Assembly: GCA_963734375.1 (NCBI GenBank)
Contig: CAVTHG010000003.1
Span: 707,385-771,384, forward strand
Direction: 5' to 3'
Length of the DNA: 64,000 nt
Source of the DNA: an uncultured Acidobacteriota bacterium
GTDB lineage: Bacteria > Acidobacteriota > Vicinamibacteria > Vicinamibacterales > CAVVIG01
This document shows, one piece after another, positions 38,507-48,597 of the stretch (positions are counted from its first letter, which is position 1; each line of letters starts with the position of its first letter). A program made the translations under genes and the position numbers. The notes below the pieces were generated by a model. It did no database searches. It was not told the DNA's origin and was given only the letters and a program-made list of their open reading frames with translations.

Positions 38507-39840
38507 ATGACTGAGCCAGAGCGCGCCTCCGGCATCGAGCGTTTCCTCAACCTCTTCACCGAGGTGCGCGCCGGCGAGGCGAGGACGGCATTGCTGCTCG
38601 CCCTCAACGTCTTCCTCATCCTGATGTCGTACTACATGCTGAAGACGGTGCGGGAGGCGCTGATCCTCAGCGAGGGATCGGCCGAGCTCAAGAGCTACCT
38701 CTCCGCCGGTCAGGTGGTGGTGCTGGCGTTCGCGGTTCCCTACTACGGCCGCCTGGTCGCCGCCTTCCCGCGCATGAAACTGATCAACGTGGTCACGGCG
38801 TTCTTCCTCATCTGTCCAGTGGTCTTCTACGTCCTGGCGCAGATGGGCGTCCCGCTCGGGATGATCTACTTCATCTGGATCGGCGTCTTCAACCTGATGA
38901 TCGTCGCGCAGTTCTGGTCGTTCGCCAACGACGTCTACTCGAAGCAGGAAGGCGAGCGCCTGCTCGTCATCGTCGGCCTCGGCGCCTCGCTCGGCGCCGT
39001 CGCCGGCTCGATCGCCGCCGAGCGTCTGATCGAGCCGTTCGGCGTCCTGCAGTTGATGCTGCTCGGCGCCGGCGTGCTCGGGCTGCAGCTGCTGCTCACC
39101 AACTACATCGATCGGATCGAGCGCGGCCGGCGGCCGGCGGCGCCGAAGAAGGCGAACGCCGCCCCGCGACCAACGCCTTCGCGATGGTGTTCCAGACGCG
39201 GTATCTGCTGCTGATGGGCCTGATGCTGATGCTGGGGAACTGGATCAACACGACCGGCGAGTACATCCTCGGCAGCATCGTCAAGGACAACGCCGTCGCG
39301 GCGATCGCCGCCGGCACCGCCCCCGGGCTCACCGAGGGACAAATCATCGGGAATTTCTACGCCAGGTACTTCTCGATGGTGAACGCCGTCGGTCTCTTCC
39401 TCCAGCTGTTCGTCGTCTCGCGTATCGTCAAGTACGCCGGCGTCGCCTGGGCGGTGATGGTACTGCCGGCGCTGTCGTTCGGCGCTTACAACGTGATCGT
39501 GTTCGTGCCCTTCCTCGCCGCGGTGCAGGGTGCAAAGGTGTTCGAGAACGCGACCGACTACTCGCTGAACAACACCGTGCGCAACATGCTGTTCCTGCCG
39601 TGCACCTACGAGCAGAAGTTCGCCGCCAAGCAGGCGATCGACTCGTTCTTCGTCCGGATGGGCGACGTGCTGTCGGCGGTGCTGGTGTTCATCGGCACGA
39701 CCGCGCTGGCGCTCTCGCCGCGCGGCTTCGCGACGGTGAACGTCGTGCTCGCGCTGGTGATGCTGCTCCTCGCCTGGCGCGTCGGCCGCTACTACAACAA
39801 GCTGACCGTGACGGCCCCGCGACCAGCGGCGGCCGCGTAG
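38507..39840 (+). pseudogene. TLC/NTT-like (ATP/ADP-translocase-like) MFS transporter without a HEAT domain, with one frame break near 39170
   Basis: ORF 38507..39214 (..LILMSYYMLKTVREALIL.., MIVAQFWSFANDVYSKQEGERLLVIVGLGASLGAVAGS..) continues in ORF 39184..39840 (FAMVFQTRYLLLMGLMLMLGNWINTTGEYILG.., AKVFENATDYSLNNTVRNMLFLP..). Confidence 0.75.
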
Positions 39841-39878
39841 CGAGCCGCGCAGTCGTGCCGGACCCGCCGGAACTGCCG

Positions 39879-40083
39879 ATGACCGACGACGAGGAGGAGA
39901 GCGACGCGGCGCGTCCCGGGTCTCCAACGATGACCACTACCTGGTGATGCGGCCTGGCCGGCAGCAGGAGACGCTGGCGACCAGCCTCAGCGAACCACGC
40001 TCACCGCGGCCTACAGCGCCGGCGCCGATCTGTTGGTGCTGGCGCAGTATTCGATTCCGGTGGAGAAGGAGTCCGTCTACTGA
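39879..40083 (+). pseudogene. Collapsed relic of a PP2C phosphatase paralogue with two large internal deletions and frame changes
   Basis: Three blocks align at the DNA level to the intact PP2C gene at 13346. MTDDEEES..SNDDHYLVMRPGRQQETLATSLS matches 13346-13555. TLTAAYSAGADL matches about 13820-13860. LAQYSIPVEKE matches about 14235-14265. Confidence 0.75.
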
Positions 40084-40246
40084 TTCAGATACTCGAGTGC
40101 GAACCGCAGCGGACCTCTCTGATGATCCCGCCGAACCGACCGTCCAGCTCGAGGATCAAGAAGGCGCCGGGGCGACCGACATCGCGCGGATGAAAATTGC
40201 GGCCAACGCGCACCCGAACGTGCAGGGAAACGTGATGGCCGCGACG

Positions 40247-40280
40247 AATTCTTAATTCCTAATTCTTAATTCTTAATTCA
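40247..40280. repeat. AT-rich heptanucleotide tandem repeat (AATTCYT), 5 units
   Basis: aattctt aattcct aattctt aattctt aattca. The last two units contain the final Asn codon and the TAA stop of the minus-strand gene 40273..42762. Confidence 0.9.
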
Positions 40281-42762
40281 GCGGCGGCGGCCGCCGCCAG
40301 CGCGCGCTCCCCCGCCGCCGCGTGAACCGCTGGCGCGGTAACTGCCCGAACTCGTGGACCCGGCGCTGCGGGCGCTGCTCGCGTCGTTGGTCCGCCGCGT
40401 ACCCTCGGCCCGCGCCGCGGAGTCGCGGTTCACCTGGCCCGCCGTCGCCGAGTCCCAGCCGGAGCTGGCGGCGCGATCGCGCGCCTGCGTGCCGCGCCTG
40501 CTGCGCGCGGTCCTGCGCCTGCTGGCGCTGCTGCGGCGTCGGCTGCTCGACGCCGCTCCAGCCGCCGTCGCCGTACTTCTGCCAGCTGTCGCCCTTCTTT
40601 GCGGTAGACGTTGCCGTCGTGGCCGGCGTAGACGTCGCCGCTGCCGGTTCGCGCGACGCCGGAGGTGCCGCCGGGTCCGGTGCGGCTGTATGGCCTCGCC
40701 GCCGCCGCTCGTCTGGGTGGTGCGCGTCGTGACGCCGGTGACGTTGTTGGTCGTCCGCGCGGTGGCCGCCCAGTGATCGCCGCGCTGCACGCCGGTCGCG
40801 CCCCAGCTGCCGTAGACGTTCGAGCCCTGCCGCGTCGCGCCGTACGCGCCGGTGCGCGGGTTGTAGGCCTGCGCCGCGCCGCGCGCGCCGTACGGACCGT
40901 AGGCGACCGCGCCGCGCGAGTAGGTGCCGGTTCTCGGGTTGTAGCGCTGGCCGACGCCGGCGCCGCCGTAGGGACCGTAGGCCACGGCGCCGCGCGAGTA
41001 GGCGCCGGTCCACGGGTTGTACGACGCGCCGTACCCGTAGGTCGGATAGTGCGGGTAGTAGTAGGGGTAACCACCATAGAACCCGTAGTACGGCGGATAG
41101 TAGTAGCCGGTGCCCCAGACGACGCAGCCCCACGCGACCATCGCGCCCGTGAACGCCGCCGCCGTCGCGAAGACCACGGCGTCGTCGTTCGACTCCTCCA
41201 CCGTGACGTAGGTGACGGCGTGGGACGGCGAGCTCACCGGGATCTCGTAGATCTGCTTCGGCACCTCTCCGGTGACCGTCCACGGGCCCGGTCGCCGCCC
41301 TCGACATGAACCACACGCCCTGGAAGCACATGTAGTAGAGGTCGCCGACCTTGAGGATGTCCTTGTCGGTATTGACCGCGCGCTGCACCGTCGTCGTCTC
41401 GATCGGCTGGAACTCGGCGGTGCCGCCCTGATAGGTGACCTCGGGCGCCTGCACCGTCTTGCTGACGCGCGCCGTCTGCGGAATCTGCGCGAGCAGAATG
41501 GCTTCGGCTGCCTGCGCCGTGCCCGGCACCGACGCGAGGACGCGCGAGCGCTGATGCTCGAGCGGAATCTGCTTGAACGTCGGCCGGCAGGTTCGGCGTC
41601 GCGAACGTCCAGGGGCCGGTGAAGTCGGGCGCGGAGAACCACCGGCCGGCGACGAGGAAGTAGACCGGGCCTTTGAGGCCCATCCGGAAGACGTCGCTCT
41701 CGGTGTTGCTGACCCACAGGAGCGGCGTTCGCGCCCTGCGACGGCCAGATAGTTCGGCTCGCCTCGCAGCAGAATCAGCTCCGCCGGCTGCAGGCTGACG
41801 AACACCTTCGGCGCCTGGCTGGCGCTGATCGACTGGCCGGGGAGGCTCGCCTTCACCTCTTTCCAGTTGTCGTCGGCCGGCAGCTTCTTGAAGCTCTCCG
41901 GCAGCGTGCCGGCCGGGCCCCACGGCCCCTTCACGTCGGCCGCCTTCAGCCAGACCCGGTCGTTGCGAAGGTAGTAGGTCTTGGTCGGCGCGTGCTCGAA
42001 CAGATCCCAGTTGGTGTTGACCGCGGTCTTCAGATCGTTCTGCGGGATCGGCGCCCAGATCGGGTCGCCGTCGATGTTGACGAGCACCGCGGGCGTCTTG
42101 CTGAAGAAGATCGGCGGCGGATCCGCCTTCACGCCCTCGACGTTCTTCGGGATGATCTTGCTGGTGTCGATGTTGGCCAGCACGCGGTCGAGCGCGATCA
42201 CGCGCTCGTCGAGCGGCATCGACGCGACGATCTCCTCGACGACGGTCCGGAGCTGATCGCGCGGCAGCGTCGGGAAAGCTGGGCTCGGTGATCTTGAGCT
42301 CCGAGAAGCTCACGAGCCGCTCGTCCAGGGCGACGCTCGTATCGGATTCCACCTTGACCGTGCCGAGCGCCGGTTTCTCCGCGCCCTTCGGCGTGTAGGA
42401 CACCGCCGCGTAGGCCACGACGTGTTTCTGATCGACCCAGCTCGACGACCTGCGGCTGATAGACCACGAGGGTCGGCGCCGCTGGCGGTCGTGTAGACGC
42501 GCGGCCAGCCGCCATCGGGCGGGGCTGGCGCGGCCGCGCTCGCCGGCTTCGCTGCGCCTGCCGTGGCCGGCGCCGGCGGCTTCGTTTGTGCGGCCGGCTT
42601 GGCTTGCGGGGCCGGCTGCGCCTGTGCGGGCGGCTTGGTCTGCGCGGGCGGCTGCGTCTGTGCGTCGAGCAGCGGCGCGATCGGCGAACCGAGCAGGCTG
42701 ACGATGGTGAGCACCGCGATGCGGGCTCTGTTCGGCGAATGGCAGGAGCGGAAGCGCAGCAT
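40273..42762 (-). pseudogene. Secreted protein of unknown function with an N-terminal Pro/Ala/Gln/Lys repeat and a C-terminal Gly/Tyr-rich repeat region, with at least 8 frame breaks
   Basis: MLRFRS..IAVLTIVSLLGSPIAPLLDAQTQPPAQTKPPAQAQPAPQAKPAAQTKPP (ORF 42310..42762). The text then alternates among the frames of 41234.., 40273.., 40278.. and 40430.. (WVDQKHVVAYAAVSYTPKG.., MPLDERVIALDRVLANIDTSKIIPK.., LLWVSNTESDVFRMGLKGPVYFLVAGRWF.., YYMCFQGVWFMS.., YNPWTGAYSRGAVAYGPYGGAGVGQRYNPRTGTYSRGAVAYGPYG.., GDVYAGHDGNVYRK.., GDSWQKYGDGGW). Confidence 0.6.
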
Positions 42763-42862
42763 GGCTTGTGTGATCCTTGTTCATCGGCCGATCTACGGCG
42801 TCTTATGAAATTCGAAACCGGCCCGGGCTCGATAGGGCATCGGGCGGTAATGGGGCTGCATT

Positions 42863-42878
42863 GGCAAGCGGCGCGCCA
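42863..42878 (-). promoter_or_regulatory. Candidate sigma-54 promoter upstream of the Gly/Tyr-repeat protein gene
   Basis: The minus strand reads TGGCGCGCCGCTTGCC, with one mismatch in the -24 hexamer and an exact TTGC -12. It lies about 100 nt upstream of ATG 42762. Confidence 0.35.
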
Positions 42879-43007
42879 GTCGGGCTCCGGAAGAAGGCCC
42901 GGAAATGCTCGGAAATCCGGGCAGATCGACCGGCCCCAGCATGGAGCTGACGGGAGGCGACCGGACGCTCACAACATGCGGTGAGCGCCCGGCGCCGTGC
43001 ATTGAGA

Positions 43008-44551
43008 CTACTGGCGTTGCTTGACCTGCTCCTTCGCCGCGTTCTGCTGCTCGATCTGTCTGGCGCTCAGGCGGTAGGCGACGTAGTACTTGTAGATGTT
43101 GCTGACGTAGGTGACCGTTTCGCGGCCGATCCGCTCCGAGGCGACGCGCTCGACGTTGCCGAACCACACGTTGGGATCGAGGCCCCGCTTCTCCGCTTCG
43201 CGCCGGAGTTGTCTCACGCGGCCCGGCCCGGCGTTGTAGGCCGCGAACGTCATCAGCCCCTTGTTCAGCCTGTCCATCGGCTCGTCCTTGAAGTACTGGT
43301 CCATCATGAACCGCATGTACTTCACGCCGGCATGGATGTTGGGCTCGATCTGGGTGATGTCGCCGACCTTCAGCTCCTTGCCGGTGGCTGGCATCACCTG
43401 CATGACGCCAATCGCGCCAACCGGGCTCTTGACGTTGTGGTCCAGCGTCGACTCCTGGTAGCCCTGCGCCGCCATCAGCAGGTAATCGAGGTCGTACTGC
43501 GCGCCGTACTTCTTGAACAGCTCGAGCACCGCCGCCAGCTTCCGCGCGCTCTGCCTCGGCCGCGGCGTTCTTCGCGTACTTGACGCTCTGGAGATAGCGG
43601 CGTTCGACGGTGTTCCGGAACGCGCTGTTCTTTTCCTGCTTGCCGATCCAGGTATTGATGAACTCGCCGGAGCTTGGGATTCTCCTTGCGGAACGCGACG
43701 CCCAGCTTGCCGTCGGACCGCACGGCGACGTCGGAATGCACCTTCAGATCGGTGAACACCTTGCCCCAGAAGTCGGCCAGATAGTCGTCGACGATGGTGA
43801 TCTTCACCAGGCCGGCGTTGACCATCTCGAGCACGTCATCGTCTTCGAGCACGTCGGGCGCCTCGACGATCACGACTGGCGGCTTGCCGCGCGCCTTGAA
43901 TTGCTCGTTCAGCCGGGTGATCGTTTCGTCGTAGACGCTCCCTTTCCGGATGAACACCTCCTGACCGGCGAGATCGTCCACAGAGGCGATTGGCGGCGCG
44001 CCCGGCCCGGTGACCACGACCTCGCTCACGTTGGAGCGCGTCGGCACCGAGAAGGCGGCCAGCGCCTCGGCTTCGGGCCTGATGGTCACCATCGCCGCGA
44101 CGGCGTCGACCTTGCCGCCGGCGAGGGCGGCGTACAGCTGGTTGCGCGGCATCGGCACGATGACGACGTGCACCTTGAGGTTTCCGGTCTTCAGATGCTT
44201 GTTCAGATCGTTCTCGAGCAGCTTCAGGTACTCGGCGGTCAATCCCCGCTCCTGCCCCTGGTCGATGAAATAGTGCGTGCGGTTGAAGGTGACGCCGAAG
44301 CGAATCATCCGGCGCTTGACCATCTCGTCGAAGTCGCCGGTGAACGGCTTGTCCATCACGAGCCGCGCGGCTTCGGGCAGGGCGTCGTACGGAGACTTCG
44401 TCTCAGGCAGCGGCGCATCGTCGGCAGCCGCGGCTGGTTGCGCCGACGGCGCCTGTTGCGCCGCCGGCGGCGTGGCGTTGTTCTGGCCGGAGCACGCTGC
44501 CGCAGCCACCATGGCCAGGAGCGCGATGAGCGCCCGGGTCGTCGAAAACAT
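43008..44551 (-). pseudogene. MltF-like lytic transglycosylase lipoprotein (solute-binding-protein-like N-domain and SLT domain) with 2 frame breaks
   Basis: The lipobox is MVAAAAC. ORF 43475..44551 makes sense up to ..AFRKENPKL. The middle piece GEFINTWIGKQEKNSAFRNTVERRYLQSVKYAKNAAAEAE is in a third frame. The SLT domain is in ORF 43008..43529 (AQGYQESTLDHNVKSPVGAIGVMQVMPATG, AAYNAGPGRV). Single extra bases near 43672 and 43545 explain both shifts. Confidence 0.8.
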
Positions 44552-44843
44552 CGGGGTTGGACTCCTTTAAAAAGATGATCAGACCGCCGTGCAGGTCCGC
44601 AAGACGGTTAGGTCGCCGCTGATTCTTCACCAGCCGCTGGGGACGCCGCCAACGGTATGTTGTGACCGCCACCTCTCTGCACTCTCGACATGTCGTCGAT
44701 TTCGTGCGGCCCGCCGACCAGGCGGCGCGACCCCCGCACCGCGTGATTGACTCGAGTCCGGTCCTCCTCTTGCACCCACCGTCGCCACGGCCATTTCCGT
44801 GTAGCACTTTCAGTATCCGGCTGTAGAGCGGTTCCTTTTGTAC

Positions 44844-44898
44844 GTAGTGTCCGGCTTTAGCCGGACCGTGACGGGTCCGCCTGAAGCGCGGACACTAC
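44844..44898. repeat. REP family B, inverted (head-to-head) pair
   Basis: gtagtgtccggctttagccggacc, then gtgac, then ggtccgcctgaagcgcggacactac. Confidence 0.9.
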
Positions 44899-44949
44899 AT
44901 CTACAAACGAGAATCGCTGTAGCCGGACTTCGCGAGGTCGTAGATTGGA

Positions 44950-45745
44950 ATGACGTTGAAGAGACTGAAGACGTACGGCGTCGCCATGGTCGTGGTCCTG
45001 AGCGTACCGCTTTCGGCCGCCGCTCAGACGCGGGAGGCGCCCGCTCCGCCAGTGGCCGATACGAATCCGGATGCGGCGGCAGAGCGAGGCGCGGTCGCGG
45101 GATTTTTTCGCGACGTCGGTGGCGACTACAAGCATTTCCTCTCCTGGAGCACCGCCAGGTGGCTCGGCGTCGGCACCCTGGCGACGGCGGCGATTCACCC
45201 CTTCGACGATGAGATCCGCGACCACACGCAGGGCGAGCAGGTCGGTCTCGCTCTCGGAAACGGCGGGCCAGACCTATGGAAACCTGTCGCTCCAGGTGCC
45301 GCTGGCCATGGTGTGGTGGATTACCGGCGAGGCCGGCGGCGACACGCGCGCCGCGCAGGCCGGCCGCGATCTCATGCGCGCGCAGATCAGCGCCTTGAGC
45401 TGGACCTACGTCGTGAAGTACAGCGTCGATCGCACCCGGCCCAACGGCGACCCGCGAGGATTTCCCTCGGGCCATTCGTCGGCGGCGTTTGCCACCGCGA
45501 TGGTGCTGCAGGAGCACTACGGTTGGAAGCTCGGGGCGCCGTTCTTCGTGATTGCGACCTACACCGCGGCTTCGCGCATCATCGACAACAAGCACTGGGC
45601 CAGCGACGTGGTGATGGGGGCGTTCATGGGGATGACGAGCGGACGGACGGTGACGGTGCGCCTGCGCCGCAGGCCGCTTTCGCTTGCGCCGTTTGCGGTT
45701 CGCGGCGGCGGCGGCGTGACCGTCAGCGTATTGCCGGGCGCCTGA
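44950..45745 (+). pseudogene. PAP2-family (acid phosphatase / lipid phosphate phosphatase) secreted protein with one frame break near 45250
   Basis: The signal peptide is MTLKRLKTYGVAMVVVLSVPLSAAAQ (ORF 44950..). The text continues in ORF 45071..45745 with PAP2 motifs KYSVDRTRP, PSGHSS and SRIIDNKHWASDV. Confidence 0.8.
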
Positions 45746-45974
45746 GCGTCAACCCCTCACGGGCGGCGGGGATCAGCCGACGATATGTCGTCACTGCTGG
45801 CCGCCTGCGAACCTCGCCAGGTCGCGTATTCCCCCGGCGAAATCCCCGATCGAGCGATCGACGCCACCCAGGGTCCAGCGGCGCGATCGTTGCGACCCCT
45901 GATCGTCACTGGTCTAATCTCATGCATACTCGGCACAATCGCGCACCGGGGCGCGGCAGCCGCGGAGGTTTCGG

Positions 45975-46503
45975 ATGACACGCGCCCTTCCTCGACGCCA
46001 TCAGTTCTGCACGCCGGTCATGCTGGTTTTGGTGCTGCTCGGCGCCGGTCACCTCGCGGTGGCGGGCCAGCAGATGAAATACGGGGTCAGCGTGAAGGAG
46101 GCCAAGCCGGCCGCCCTCGCGAAAGCCAAGACCTACGTCTGGACCAACAGCCAGCCGAGTTTCGACAAGGACATCGACCGGCAGATCGTCGCCGCAGTGG
46201 ACCGCGAGCTCGCCGCGCGCGGGTTCACCAAGCTCGACGCCGCGCCGAGCGACGTGGTGGTCACCTACGCGTCGCTGAGCCGTACCGACGCGGATCTGAA
46301 GTCGAAGCCGGCGGCGAACGGGATGCTGCGGGAGTATGCGGTCGGCACGCTGGTCGTCGACATGCGCGACCCGGCGAACCGCCAGTCGTTCTTCCGCGTC
46401 CGGATGGACACGCCGATCGACAAGGATCCCGCGAAGCTCGAGGCGGGCATCAACGCGGCCGTGGCCGCGATGTTCGAGAAGTACCCGAAACCGAAGAAGC
46501 TGA
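45975..46503 (+). CDS. DUF4136-like lipoprotein (second copy). The natural stop appears displaced by one base.
   Basis: ORF 45975..47327 starts with a signal peptide and DUF4136-like text ending ..AAMFEKYPKPKK. The first copy ends ..GRYPPKK*. A TGA at 46501-46503 is one base out of frame, so the ORF runs on into the next gene. Confidence 0.55.
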
Positions 46504-46527
46504 TCGCGGCGAATCGAGCGAGGACCC

Positions 46528-47327
46528 ATGTCCAGCCTCGGGAAGCGCATTCGATCGCTCGGCAGCCCTGTCGCTCATCCCCGCTGCGCTCGCTCGCGCA
46601 GACGGCCGCGACCGCGAGGCCGTGGGTGGGCAAGGCGGCCGAGATTGAGGAGTTCATCAGGACGGCGCCGGTCGTCCGGATGGAGGACGTGTCGCGCGGC
46701 GTGACGCGTCCGAACCGCGCCTACCTCGCGCCCGGCGGCCCGGTCGACTCGATCGTCTGGAAAGTGCTGCCGCCGCGCCGGTCGCAACGGGTTCTTCGAG
46801 AGCTACAAGTCGGAGATCGCCGCCTACGAAATCGACAAGCTGCTGGCCCTCGAGATGGTGCCGCCGAAAGTGGAGCGGCAGATCGGCAGCGAGGTGGGCG
46901 TGGCGGTGATGTGGGTCGAGCTCGACCAAGAGCTTCGCCGATCTCGGCGGCGTGCCGAAGCCGCCGCCGGCAGCGAGCGGGCGGCGTGGAGCCGGCAGCT
47001 GGTCCGGGCCAAGATGTTCCAGAAGCTGATTGGCGATATCGATCCGAACCTGGGGAACTGGCTCGTCGATCCGGCGTGGAATCTGATCCTGGTCGATCAC
47101 TCACGGGCCCTGACGACGACCAAAGATCTGGTGCATCAGATGCAGCATATCGACGCCGCCCTCTGGGCGCGGATGCAGCAACTCACCGAAGAGACGCTGA
47201 CCCCACCGCCGGAAGGTGGATCGGCAAGAGTGAAATCCTCGCGATTCTCGATCGCCGGAAACGGATGCAGGCGCAGATCGACAAGCTGGTTCGCGCCACG
47301 AGCGAGGCCCAGGTCTTCATCCGCTAG
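46528..47327 (+). pseudogene. Secreted kinase-like protein of unknown function (PI3/PI4- or Fam20-like catalytic-loop motif) with at least 4 frame breaks
   Basis: ATG 46528 has GAGGA upstream. MSSLGKRIRSLG / SAALSLIPAALARADG / WVGKAAEIEEFIRTAPVVRMEDVSRGVTRPNRAYL..VWKVLPP / GFFESYKSEIAAYEIDKLLALEMVPPKVERQIG..VMWVE..KMFQKLIGDIDPNLGNWLVDPAWNLILVDHSRAL / ..ILAILDRRKRMQAQIDKLV* lie in alternating frames. Confidence 0.55.
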
Positions 47328-47593
47328 GCGGCTCAGTGGGTTGCAACTGGACCGCTCCGCGTCGAGGATCTCCAGCCTTTCTCGCGCAGACATCTCCACC
47401 CGCAGCCAGAGCAACGGTCGTTGGAGAGGCATCACGGCATACCGTGATCGGGCGAGCCTCAATCGAGCGCCTGCCCGTCTAACAGGCCGTTAAATCGCGC
47501 AGAAACCGTTGCGACGCGGCGAGTGGCCTCGGCATCGTTCTCGCAGCAGCCAACTGCGGCGACCCCGTTTTCCAGAGGGTTGCGCGCGGTTAT

Positions 47594-48564
47594 ATGGATA
47601 CCTCAAAGCCGATTGTCACCCGCCGATCGATCGACGACGTGGACGCGATGGCGACCGCGGTTGCCGATGGCCACCACGGCCGAGTACGTGCAGATGGAGC
47701 GCGGCGCGTTCGGCTGCCGCTGGAGCGTGGTCTCGACGCCGGACGTCGTGCTGCAGTTCGCACACGAGGGGATTGCGATCGCCCGCCGGCTGCGCATCGC
47801 CGCCAACCGGTGGGCGATCGTCGTGCCGTTGAGCGTGCCCGACACGGCCCGCTGGGACGCGCGGCCGGTGAAGCGCGACGAGATGATCGTCTGCGGTCCG
47901 AAAGCGGAGTGCTATGCGTTCGACCCGGGCGGCACATCATTCGTGCTCATCAGCATGCCGGCGCACAGCGCGACCGCCGCGGTCGTCCAGGATGTGCTGC
48001 ATGACGGCGCCGCGACCAAGACGATGCGTCCGAGCGCCCGCGATGCACGCACCCTGCAGCATCGGCTGCGTGCGATCGCTGAGTCGGTCGAACATGCGGG
48101 CGTCGTCGACGGCCCGCAGCTCGTGGCCGGCATCGACGGCGCGATGGCCGAGTGCCTGATGCGGAGCGGTCCCCTCCGACTGGCACACGAAAGAGCGGCT
48201 GCGCAGCAGCCAGATCGTCAGGTGCGCCGAGGCGTTCTTCCGCCAGCACGTCGACGAGTCGATCACGATCGCCCAGCTCTCCTCGATCGCCGGCGTCAGC
48301 GAGCGCGGCTTGCGCAATGCGTTCTACGACGTCTATCAGACCAGCCCGAAACGGTATCTGCGCCAGTGGCGGCTGCACCGGGTGCGTCACGTGCTCCGCG
48401 CCACCCGCAGCAGCGTCGAGTCGGTGACCGCGGTCGCGACGCGTCATGGCCTGTACGAGCTCGGCCGCTTCGCCGTCGAGTATCGGGAACTGTTCGGCGA
48501 ACCGCCGTCGCACACTCTCTACCGCGCCCGCAGCCAGCAGGCAGCGCCGGCGTACGTTGCGTAG
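47594..48564 (+). pseudogene. AraC/XylS-family transcriptional regulator with 2 frame breaks
   Basis: MDTSKPIVTRRSIDDVDAMATAVADG (47594 frame) / TTAEYVQMERGAFGCRWSVV..LRLAHE (47523 frame) / RLRSSQIVRCAEAFFRQHVDESITIAQLSSIAGVSERGLRNAFYDVY..SVESVTAVATRHGLYELGRFAVEYRELFGEPPS (48152 and 48310 frames). Confidence 0.8.
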
Positions 48565-48597
48565 ACGGTCCGGTCGCGCCGCGCGCGACACGCCTCG

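Noticed and set aside
39944-40255. 103-aa ORF 39944..40255
   Set aside because: Its first part is one frame of the PP2C relic. The remainder has no coding character.
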